Positions 10,278-18,698 of a stretch of DNA of 60,004 nucleotides are shown here, one piece after another. The notes below the pieces were generated by a model, which did not search any database, was not told where the DNA came from, and saw only the letters and a program-made list of their open reading frames with translations. The translations under genes and the position numbers were made by a program. The stretch comes from an uncultured Acholeplasmatales bacterium. GTDB lineage: Bacteria; Bacillota_I; Bacilli_A; ML615J-28; CAG-698. The DNA is taken from NCBI GenBank assembly GCA_937877075.1, contig CALEGD010000067.1:1-60004 (forward strand). Direction: 5' to 3'. The first letter of the stretch is position 1, and each line of letters begins with the position of its first letter.

Positions 10278-10936
10278 CCATCCCTCCTACTGAGAAATTC
10301 AATCAACTTTAAATCAAAAGCATTTGTAACCTTGAGATTATCCTTGTTTCCCGGAACTATTTCCGGTTTAATCTTGAGATATCTTACAAGTAAACCCACA
10401 TCATCGGTAGCATAATATCTTTCCGCTTCCCCAAGGCTTAAAGCTTCTCGATAACGTTCGGCGATAACTCCTTGTGGAGTCATCACTTTCCATAAGAATT
10501 CCCGCTCTAAATTTCGGTATGATTCTTTTACCTCAACAATCGTATCAACAACCCTCACCGCCAAGACTGCGGCTTCGCTCCTTAAAGTTGCCTGATAAAC
10601 CTTTTCTATTTCTTCAACCTTTACAAAAGGTCTAGCCCCATCATGGATTAAAACGACTTGACTACTGCAGAGAGCCATACCTCTTTTAACGCTGTCTTGC
10701 CGATATTTTCCTCCGACAGTATATTCTAGATTCGGAAGGTCAATTGTCATTTCTTTAACCGTTTCTAATTCCTCTTCCCGACAAACTAAAACAACTTTTC
10801 TACAATTATTGCAAGATAAAAATGTTTCAAGTGAAAAACGGAAGAGTAACTTATTATTAATCCGATAGAATATTTTATTATATTCAAGACCGGATCTTTC
10901 ACCTTTTCCGGCTAAGAGAATAATGGCATCGAACAT
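10274..10936 (-). CDS. ispD: 2-C-methyl-D-erythritol 4-phosphate cytidylyltransferase
   Basis: LAGKGER, GGKYRQDSV, IHDGARPF and NLKVT motifs; coupled to ispF. Confidence 0.94.
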   Translation of the reverse strand: MFDAIILLAGKGERSGLEYNKIFYRINNKLLFRFSLETFLSCNNCRKVVLVCREEELETVKEMTIDLPNLEYTVGGKYRQDSVKRGMALCSSQVVLIHDGARPFVKVEEIEKVYQATLRSEAAVLAVRVVDTIVEVKESYRNLEREFLWKVMTPQGVIAERYREALSLGEAERYYATDDVGLLVRYLKIKPEIVPGNKDNLKVTNAFDLKLIEFLSRRDG

Positions 10937-10952
10937 TATTTCCTCCTCTAGA

Positions 10953-12491
10953 TTACTCCTTTAAAATATCATCAAGAAAATTATCGCTCAGATCGATCCC
11001 CATGTCTTTGAAATCAACAGTCGGCGTAGGTTTAGGTATATAAATACAATATGATTCGGGATATTTATCATCTGCAGCTAAACTTAATGCTTCTTGACCG
11101 GCTTTTAAAATAGTCTCCGGATGTGGATTCTCGGCATTTTCGCTTGAAATAATCCCCAGGGCATTTTCAATCTCATATTTGATTTCATTAAAAATAATCC
11201 CAGTTTTAACGAAGGAAGTTTTTCCGGTATTTAAGGATTCAAGGAATCGATTGTAGATTTCTTTTTTATCAATTATGAGTACATAAACAAAATCTTCTAA
11301 CCTGTAAACTTTGGGTGCCTTTAATCCCAGTTCCGATGCAACTTGACTGAAGTATTTTGCCAGAATTACTTCTCCAACATCTTTCCCGATATCTGGAATA
11401 AATTTAGGAAGATTAGAAAATTTAACCAAGAGAAGTGCAATCCAGTTATTACGTTCATAGATGAGTTTGGTTGTTTCTAAAAGCTCAGGTAGATTTCGAA
11501 AATTCATTTTTGAATGAGAAAAATCAGTCTTATGAATGATGGCATAATAATGGCCTTCATAATTAATATTGCTTTCTTCAAACCAAATTCTTCCCCTATT
11601 TGTATTAAGGCGATAATAAATTTTATGAAGTTTATCGGTAAGATTACGACTGGATATTAAATTCAGGTCTTCTTTTACAACCGCCGAAAGAAAATTATTT
11701 TCTCCGAGCTGATTATCAGAAACGCCCAGAAGATTCATCATTTCTCCGGTCAATATATATCGCCTTGTTCTAAAATCAAAATAACAAATCGGTTCACCGA
11801 GAAAATTCAAGTAATTATAGAAAGTGCGTGAATCGAAACTGGCACCGTCTAAAGCAGTTGTTCCGTAACTCATTAAAACGAAACCTAGCAGTTTACCGTT
11901 GTAAATTACCTTTCTTTTCATTAAATCCAACAATAAGTTTTTTCCGTCATTTAGGGTGATGCTTATCCGGTAATCTCTTTCTTCTAAAGTCCTTATATAA
12001 TGAAGAAAGACATCGTAATTCATTTCTTGACTGTCGACAAGAAATGTGAGGATTATCTCTTCATATTTTTTCTTAATGTTTTTTTCGATTCCAATCAGGT
12101 TGGCAAACTCCTCGGTAAAGTTTATCAATCTAGACCGCCTGTCCAGATAAGCATAAACTTTATTGACGGTACTGTTTGCAGTAAACTTTACTAAATTTAA
12201 GCGAAAATAAAATATATATGTCGTAATGAGATAAAGGGTGATGTTTACAAATAAAGCTAAAACGGCCAGCCCAACTGCAAACATCATTATCTTCAACCCA
12301 AAAATTTCAAGATCTTTTAAAATGAAAGCAGCCAAAACATATCCTAAAATTGCCAATCCGGTCATAATTAGGCTTATCAAAGGCAGTTTTCTTTTTTTCT
12401 CTAAAATAGCAAGAAACAGCATCAACACAACTAATAAGATAGTTATTAAATAATTGCTGTTATTGAGGATGAACTCCAGAACTTTATTCAT
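10953..12491 (-). CDS. Membrane protein with PAS-like domains and a degenerate GGDEF-like domain
   Basis: 3 N-terminal TM; two PAS-like segments; C-terminal 'IALLLVKFSN..IGKDVGEVIL..VYRLEDFVY..LGII..ILKAGQEALSLA' follows GGDEF fold order without the GGDEF motif. Confidence 0.6.
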   Translation of the reverse strand: MNKVLEFILNNSNYLITILLVVLMLFLAILEKKRKLPLISLIMTGLAILGYVLAAFILKDLEIFGLKIMMFAVGLAVLALFVNITLYLITTYIFYFRLNLVKFTANSTVNKVYAYLDRRSRLINFTEEFANLIGIEKNIKKKYEEIILTFLVDSQEMNYDVFLHYIRTLEERDYRISITLNDGKNLLLDLMKRKVIYNGKLLGFVLMSYGTTALDGASFDSRTFYNYLNFLGEPICYFDFRTRRYILTGEMMNLLGVSDNQLGENNFLSAVVKEDLNLISSRNLTDKLHKIYYRLNTNRGRIWFEESNINYEGHYYAIIHKTDFSHSKMNFRNLPELLETTKLIYERNNWIALLLVKFSNLPKFIPDIGKDVGEVILAKYFSQVASELGLKAPKVYRLEDFVYVLIIDKKEIYNRFLESLNTGKTSFVKTGIIFNEIKYEIENALGIISSENAENPHPETILKAGQEALSLAADDKYPESYCIYIPKPTPTVDFKDMGIDLSDNFLDDILKE

Positions 12492-12501
12492 AACCTCCTC
12501 C

Positions 12502-12855
12502 TTAGCTAACGAATAATTCAGCGCTCATTCTGTTGGTTGCCAAAGGCACGGAATAAACGTCGCATAATCTCAACAAAGCGGAAACATCAGGTTCATGGGG
12601 TTGGGCCGTTAAAGGATCGCGGAAAAAAATCACCATATCCATATTACCGTTAGCAACATTAGCACCAATTTCTTGATCACCGCCGAACGGACCCGACTTA
12701 AAACAATGAACGCTTAAGCCGATTTCCTCAATTATTCTTTTCCCGGTTGTTCCGGTTGCATATAAAATATGCTCTCTAAAAAAGGCCTTATATTTAGTTA
12801 CGAAATCAAGTAATTCCGTTTTCTTCTTGTCGTGGGCTATTAAAGCTATTCGCAC
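12502..12855 (-). CDS. mgsA: Methylglyoxal synthase
   Basis: [27 protein letters not shown] and [15 protein letters not shown] motifs. Confidence 0.96.
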   Translation of the reverse strand: MRIALIAHDKKKTELLDFVTKYKAFFREHILYATGTTGKRIIEEIGLSVHCFKSGPFGGDQEIGANVANGNMDMVIFFRDPLTAQPHEPDVSALLRLCDVYSVPLATNRMSAELFVS

Positions 12856-12917
12856 AATTACACATCCTTTATAATTTTATTATATCATACAATATTTCAA
12901 ATGCAAATATATATAAT

Positions 12918-13721
12918 TTACTTGATAATCAAGTACCTGTCAAGCATTTCTTCTAATCTTTCATAGTTAAGCTTCATCATTATATTGCCGTCAATGGTGA
13001 CAGATATATTACCTGTCTCTTCGGAAACAATAATTGTAAGGGCGTCGCTTCTTTCACTGATTCCAATCGCTGCCCGATGTCTGGTTCCTAAAGATTTTGG
13101 AACATCATATTTATCGGTAGAAGGTAAATATGCTCCGGCACACATAAGTTTGTTTTTTCGGATAATAACCGCGCCGTCATGGCAGGCGGTCCCGGGAGTA
13201 AAGATTGTTGTTAAGAGTTCTTGCGTGATTGTTCCCTTGATCTCAATCGCTTTTTCGATATAAGTATTGAGATTATCCTCCCTTTCAACAGTAATCAGAG
13301 CTCCGATTCTCCGTTTAGAAAGATATTCAGTTGTCGATAAAAGAATATTGATGATTTCCTGTTTTTCTTGTTTTGTAGAGAAAAAGGAAGTGTTTTTATT
13401 TGAAGTAAAGATATAATCGAGGGAATGCCTAATTTCTTGAGTGTAGATGATTACAAAAAGTCCCAGGCTCCAAAAAATAAGATAATTAAGCAAGGTTAAA
13501 AACAACCTTAATTGAAAGAAAAAGACAAGCAGATAAAAGAAGCCAAAGCAAAGAAGAATAATAAGCAATTTATAACCGCGAACTTTCGCGCGTAATAATT
13601 TATAGATGAGTAATAAAGTTAATGCAACCAAAACCAAATCAACACACAAACGAATAATTCCGAGCACGGACCAGTTATCGGTATAGTTTTGAAGATTATT
13701 GATAAATTCTTGAAATAACAT
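12918..13721 (-). CDS. cdaA: Diadenylate cyclase CdaA/DacA (membrane-bound)
   Basis: 3 TM, then a DAC domain with intact HDGA and LGTRHRAAIG motifs. Confidence 0.93.
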   Translation of the reverse strand: MLFQEFINNLQNYTDNWSVLGIIRLCVDLVLVALTLLLIYKLLRAKVRGYKLLIILLCFGFFYLLVFFFQLRLFLTLLNYLIFWSLGLFVIIYTQEIRHSLDYIFTSNKNTSFFSTKQEKQEIINILLSTTEYLSKRRIGALITVEREDNLNTYIEKAIEIKGTITQELLTTIFTPGTACHDGAVIIRKNKLMCAGAYLPSTDKYDVPKSLGTRHRAAIGISERSDALTIIVSEETGNISVTIDGNIMMKLNYERLEEMLDRYLIIK

Positions 13722-13723
13722 TT

Positions 13724-14293
13724 TTATCCACCTTTCTTATTCAATATTTCCTCTATTTTTTCCTTTCTATCATCATCTACTTGATGCTTTGTCAGTAAAT
13801 ATTTGATAGTCTTTTCATCTTTTTCATCGATAGCATAATCGATTGGAAGGTTATTATTTTCATCAGCTATCAGAACTTCCGCACCGTGATCGATCAGATA
13901 TTTAATAATATCCAGATTTCCGGATATTACCGCCAGATGCAGAGGGGATTGCTCTTGTTCGGTTGCGATATTAATATCACAGCCATGGTTAACCAAATTT
14001 CGGATAAAATTTAGTTTACCTTCCAGTACTGCTCGATGGAGAGGTGTTTCAACATTTACATCCGCTAAATCCGGATTGACTCCGGCTTTCAAAAAGAGAT
14101 TAAAAAGCCGAAGATTATTTAATTTAAGAGAAATGTGGAGGAGAGTCCGCCCATTATAATCCTGAGTATTAACTTCAATATTGTCCGCCTTCATCTTTGA
14201 AAGCGAACTCTTAATATAATAATAACGAAACGGATCTTGTTTCACGCTCTTAACGAATTCAAGAAATTGTTTTTTACTTCCTCGTTTAATCAT
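13724..14293 (-). CDS. Ankyrin-repeat protein (~4 repeats)
   Basis: GRTLLH, ETPLHRA, QSPLHLA and NLPIDYA repeats about 33 aa apart. Confidence 0.92.
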   Translation of the reverse strand: MIKRGSKKQFLEFVKSVKQDPFRYYYIKSSLSKMKADNIEVNTQDYNGRTLLHISLKLNNLRLFNLFLKAGVNPDLADVNVETPLHRAVLEGKLNFIRNLVNHGCDINIATEQEQSPLHLAVISGNLDIIKYLIDHGAEVLIADENNNLPIDYAIDEKDEKTIKYLLTKHQVDDDRKEKIEEILNKKGG

Positions 14294-17200
14294 TCCTCAT
14301 ACCATCCAATATCCGATTTGCAACCTTTTCAACTGACTCCATCAGCTCTAGTGACCATATTATGAAAGTTTTAATAATATCACGATTGATAAGATAGTTT
14401 TCGCGGTATTCATTTAAGATTTCATAATCAGTGTTTTCCTCATCCCAAAATAGGAGGACACCATAAAATTTATCATCTTTCAATAATAGCAAACTAAAGA
14501 CAGCGGAAGCATAAACCTTGATACCTGCCTTCTCAAGCCTAGAAACAAGATTTTTCATCGGTCCGACAGCATTCTTCGGAAGATAGATTTCTTTTTTACT
14601 GATTACTCTTCTGATTTCAGTCAGGAAACGCGATTCAACATTGCCTTGAAGAATGTCTTTATCATCATAGATAATTAGTCTCTTCTTACAAAGCATTAAT
14701 ACGTCAATCAAATTCACTACCAAATATTCAAAATCTAGATCATAATAATCTTCTAAATAGATAATATTATAATCCGCATCGAAAAGATAACCATCATTTA
14801 AATCAGTTATATTAATATTCCTCTTGAGGATGGAAAGAATTTCTTTTTCTGAAAATCCTTGGATCGTAAATAAATCAGTTAAAGTTTCATAAATTTGTTT
14901 CTGACGGTTAAGATTGGATGTAAATAGATTAATCACATAATTACGATTTTCTTTAAAAAGAAGATTGATATATTCTAATATCTTCTCGGAAATAATTTCG
15001 ATTCCGAAATTATTGTAATAATCCGGATAGGATACACCCCGTAGCCCTTGCATCTGCACTAAGAGATTATTTGGTGTCGGTAAGAAACGAAAATCAAGAA
15101 TGATACTCTTTCTATTACTTACTCGAGATATCAAGTTATTGGCGACAGAACTTAGAAGTTGAAGCTCTCCGGCCACCACAACCTGTTTCCCCTGTAAAGC
15201 TCGATAATAATCATTAGCACTGAGAAGATGGGCATCATCAATTATGATTAAATCAAAATCAGTCGGGTTAAGAAAATTATTCAATATCTGGGTACTGGTA
15301 AGAAAGAGATGTTTTATTCCGTCTGTTCTTCTGATATAAGCAGAATAATCGAGATTTCGGATTCCAAAGACACTGAACTTGTAACTACTGTTACGTCTAA
15401 TCTGCCGGAAGGTTTGCATTTCTAAACTACGAATCAAATCCCTTTCCATATTCATTGCCGCCTCAAGGCAGGTTTTCATAACTTTATAATCAGCAAGGAA
15501 GGGATGCTTTTCCAAATATATTTTCATTACAGTTTCTAGGTATGTATATTTGAAGTTTATACTAAGGTTTTCCGGATTCTCAAGGTCGGTGATAAATTCA
15601 ACTAATTTTGGTAAATTATATTGATTAAGAATTTTTAGATTGTCGGTAACACCGAGATAACCGATTAATTCATCTTTAGAATTTATGAGTTGATCAAGTG
15701 ATTCCAAAATTGATTCAAAACTCGAGTAATAATATTTGGAGACGCTGTCCTTGAAAACCTTAAAATAAAGTTTAAAGACTTCGGTTAAGCTATCGCTTGC
15801 CTCTTCACAGTTATCTAAATGAAGAATCAGTTTTTGATTTATTTCTTCATTCAAACTATCAATCAGCTTCTCATCATTAGAAAAGCAATCAGAATAAACC
15901 TTAAAGGCCTGCAGAAAACGAGAGATATTATTGATATTCGTATCATAATTCGCATACAGCTTGCCATAGAGATAACGATAGTGATCATTATCCCTTAACT
16001 CTTTTTTCTTTTCTACAATACCCTGATGAGTTTTATAAAGCCAAATATATTCTTCCGCTTGAACATAATCCTTTTCTTGTGCTTTCTTTACTTGTTTTAC
16101 GCGGTCATTAGAAAGATAGAGGTTTTGAAGGTAATTGATTATGGCCTCAATTTCTTTGATTTTTTCCGAGAACTCAATTTCTTCTACAGAAAACCCATAT
16201 TCTGTTAATTCCAAGTAATAAGCATTAATATGGAAATAAGCTTTGGAGAAGAGGTCGAAAATATTCCGAAAATTCTTTTTGACCTTTGGGTCATCAGGTT
16301 GAATATTAACCACAGTTTTTATAAATTTAATAAACTTTGATTTAATCAATTTATCGGGGATATTATGAAAATAGGAATAGAATTTATGAAGATTTTCCAG
16401 TATTCCCTCCTCAAAATCAAATCCAGTTAGTTTCTTATACTCTTGATGTTTATCGGAAATTATATTTTTCAGTACCCTAAACCTTTTTACATTTTCACGA
16501 AGTTTCGAAAATTCATTCGGACTTTCCTTCTCTATATTGGAAAATAATCGGTAAGCACTTCTTTTAATCGTTTGATTATTTGTAAATCTTTCTAAGTTTA
16601 CAATATTTTGTTCTAAGTCTTTGCTTTTTCCAAAGTCCTCATTCTTAAATAAAGAATCAATTTCCGCTTCTGCTGTCTTGATTTCTTCAATCAAGACTTT
16701 AATTCTTCTTGAAACATCGTCTAGGTTTTGATTGGTTACTGAACGGATAAACTCTGGACTAAACTTCATTGATTGAAGAATCCTGTTCATATTTTGAATT
16801 TCATTTAATACCAAATTGCTTTCCGGAAATTCCCAATTTAATAAACTTATAATTTTACCTGAGGTTTTACGATAAATATTAATTTGAACCAAAAGTTTAT
16901 TGATAAGAACAGAAACTTCAACCTTCTCTTCAAGCAGACGGTCAATCTTTTCTACATTATTTTCGAAGAAATAATTTCCCAGAAGCCTTGAATATTCTGA
17001 ATCAATATCGATGGAATCGAGGTTTTCATATTGGGAAAGAAGAAGATACTCCATTTCCTGAATTTGGTAGATATGACTTTTCAGATTTCGAAACTCTTCT
17101 TGAGCCTGTTCAAAAATTTCCCGGTTAACCCAAGATAAAGGGAAGGCCTTAATATCTAAACCCTTAATATCATGGAAAACACTTTTCAGATAAGCATAAT

Positions 17201-18587
17201 TAGAAATAGGTTTTAAACCAAACTGCTTTTCAAGAATTTCCTTTTTTTCTTCGAAAATCAAATAGTTCTTTTGAACTTGATGAATCAGAGAAAAGATCTG
17301 ATTAGGATATTTTATATTATTAATAATTGGAATTTCCTTCCAAAGGCTATTCTTAAAACTCTTTATTTTCTTTAAATTTTCCTCAATGCTTTCTAAAGCA
17401 GAATGTATTTCCAGATATTCGCTTTTGTAGATCCCGGAGAGGTCATCGATATCAAGTTTTTGTTTAGGATGATCAGCTATTGTAGCCAATTGGTTTACTA
17501 AATCAATGAAGCGAAAATCTAGCATTCTCCCAATCATTGCATCAACATATTTCTTTACAAAACGATAACTTTGATCCAAACTTTCAGCTTCCGGTTCTGT
17601 GTTTGAAATTTCCGACGGAAACAATAATTCTCCTTGATGGAAACTAGCAAAGGAATTTGAAAAATCGGTAAGATGTTGTTGCATTCCTTTTTCTTCAAAT
17701 AATCTATTTACTTGGCCAAGAGTTTCCTTCATATTTGAAACATAGAGAACCCTTTTCCCGGTCCCGATTGCATTCATGGCAATATTAAATAAGGTTGTCG
17801 TTTTTCCGGTACCGAGTCTTCCCGAAAGGACCAGATTATCTCCGATAGCGCCTTTATAAACTGCTTGTCTTTGTTTTCGGGTAAGAGGAAGCGAATAATA
17901 AAGGTATGGCTCGTCCTTATCATAAAGACAATCTGAAAGATAATCGGGATAAAGGCTTTCACCGTCAAAGAAATTTCGGTCAAGTTTCATTTCTGGTTCT
18001 TTCAAAGAGGCAAAGGTAAGGTAATTCTCTAATTTCAGCGAGAACTCTTCATACTTAGCGAAACTAAGACAATATTTATCTAAAGCATAGACAGAATCCA
18101 ATTTTTCATTAGCTGATATTTCTATCTTTTTTGTCTTATTTAAATAATTAATCAAAATTGAATTTTCAATCGGACGCGATATTTGTTGGATAAAAATCCG
18201 ATCATTCTCAAAATAGATATTAATCGGTATTAAAGCAATCGGGGAGAAAATTTCTTGATTATTTTCATCTTTTTGATGGAGAAGGCCATAGCTAATAAAA
18301 AGTTGGTTATTCTTGTTTTTCTGGTTTAATCTTTCGAAAAACAAAAAAGGGAGTATTTTTCTTAAATTCTCGTTATTAACCTCGCTTCTGCCGATGCCTT
18401 TATTCTGAATCGGAAAATAAGTGATGTCCTCATAAGCAATCAATTCAAAATTTAGAAGTCGCCTCATAACATCATAGTCAATGCTTCCCAATTCTAAATA
18501 AGCGGAATTCAAATAATATAAATCCTGCAAATGTCGGTTATCATTATCAATTATGAATTTGTTTATGCCGTCTCTTATCATAATCAA
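14286..18587 (-). CDS. Large DUF4011/SF1 (Upf1-like) helicase-nuclease-like protein with degenerate catalytic motifs
   Basis: DUF4011-like 'LFISYGLL..SPIALIPI..ENSIL'; Walker A GRLGTGKTT + GKRVLYVS; long helical insert; FDLIIIDDAH and KQVVVAGELQL; ATG at 18581 is an alternative start. Confidence 0.75.
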   Translation of the reverse strand: MIMIRDGINKFIIDNDNRHLQDLYYLNSAYLELGSIDYDVMRRLLNFELIAYEDITYFPIQNKGIGRSEVNNENLRKILPFLFFERLNQKNKNNQLFISYGLLHQKDENNQEIFSPIALIPINIYFENDRIFIQQISRPIENSILINYLNKTKKIEISANEKLDSVYALDKYCLSFAKYEEFSLKLENYLTFASLKEPEMKLDRNFFDGESLYPDYLSDCLYDKDEPYLYYSLPLTRKQRQAVYKGAIGDNLVLSGRLGTGKTTTLFNIAMNAIGTGKRVLYVSNMKETLGQVNRLFEEKGMQQHLTDFSNSFASFHQGELLFPSEISNTEPEAESLDQSYRFVKKYVDAMIGRMLDFRFIDLVNQLATIADHPKQKLDIDDLSGIYKSEYLEIHSALESIEENLKKIKSFKNSLWKEIPIINNIKYPNQIFSLIHQVQKNYLIFEEKKEILEKQFGLKPISNYAYLKSVFHDIKGLDIKAFPLSWVNREIFEQAQEEFRNLKSHIYQIQEMEYLLLSQYENLDSIDIDSEYSRLLGNYFFENNVEKIDRLLEEKVEVSVLINKLLVQINIYRKTSGKIISLLNWEFPESNLVLNEIQNMNRILQSMKFSPEFIRSVTNQNLDDVSRRIKVLIEEIKTAEAEIDSLFKNEDFGKSKDLEQNIVNLERFTNNQTIKRSAYRLFSNIEKESPNEFSKLRENVKRFRVLKNIISDKHQEYKKLTGFDFEEGILENLHKFYSYFHNIPDKLIKSKFIKFIKTVVNIQPDDPKVKKNFRNIFDLFSKAYFHINAYYLELTEYGFSVEEIEFSEKIKEIEAIINYLQNLYLSNDRVKQVKKAQEKDYVQAEEYIWLYKTHQGIVEKKKELRDNDHYRYLYGKLYANYDTNINNISRFLQAFKVYSDCFSNDEKLIDSLNEEINQKLILHLDNCEEASDSLTEVFKLYFKVFKDSVSKYYYSSFESILESLDQLINSKDELIGYLGVTDNLKILNQYNLPKLVEFITDLENPENLSINFKYTYLETVMKIYLEKHPFLADYKVMKTCLEAAMNMERDLIRSLEMQTFRQIRRNSSYKFSVFGIRNLDYSAYIRRTDGIKHLFLTSTQILNNFLNPTDFDLIIIDDAHLLSANDYYRALQGKQVVVAGELQLLSSVANNLISRVSNRKSIILDFRFLPTPNNLLVQMQGLRGVSYPDYYNNFGIEIISEKILEYINLLFKENRNYVINLFTSNLNRQKQIYETLTDLFTIQGFSEKEILSILKRNINITDLNDGYLFDADYNIIYLEDYYDLDFEYLVVNLIDVLMLCKKRLIIYDDKDILQGNVESRFLTEIRRVISKKEIYLPKNAVGPMKNLVSRLEKAGIKVYASAVFSLLLLKDDKFYGVLLFWDEENTDYEILNEYRENYLINRDIIKTFIIWSLELMESVEKVANRILDGMRND

Positions 18588-18666
18588 TCCTATCTATTAT
18601 TATACCCAATAGTATTTGTTTACTTAAATTATTATATCATATTTTACCGGAAAACTATATAATATT

Positions 18667-18698
18667 AAAAAAACGAAGTTTTAAAAACTTCATTTTTT
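18667..18698 (-). terminator. Terminator after the Clp-like gene
   Basis: Minus strand AAAAAATGAAGTTT/AAACTTCGTTTTTTT hairpin overlapping the stop codon. Confidence 0.6.
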
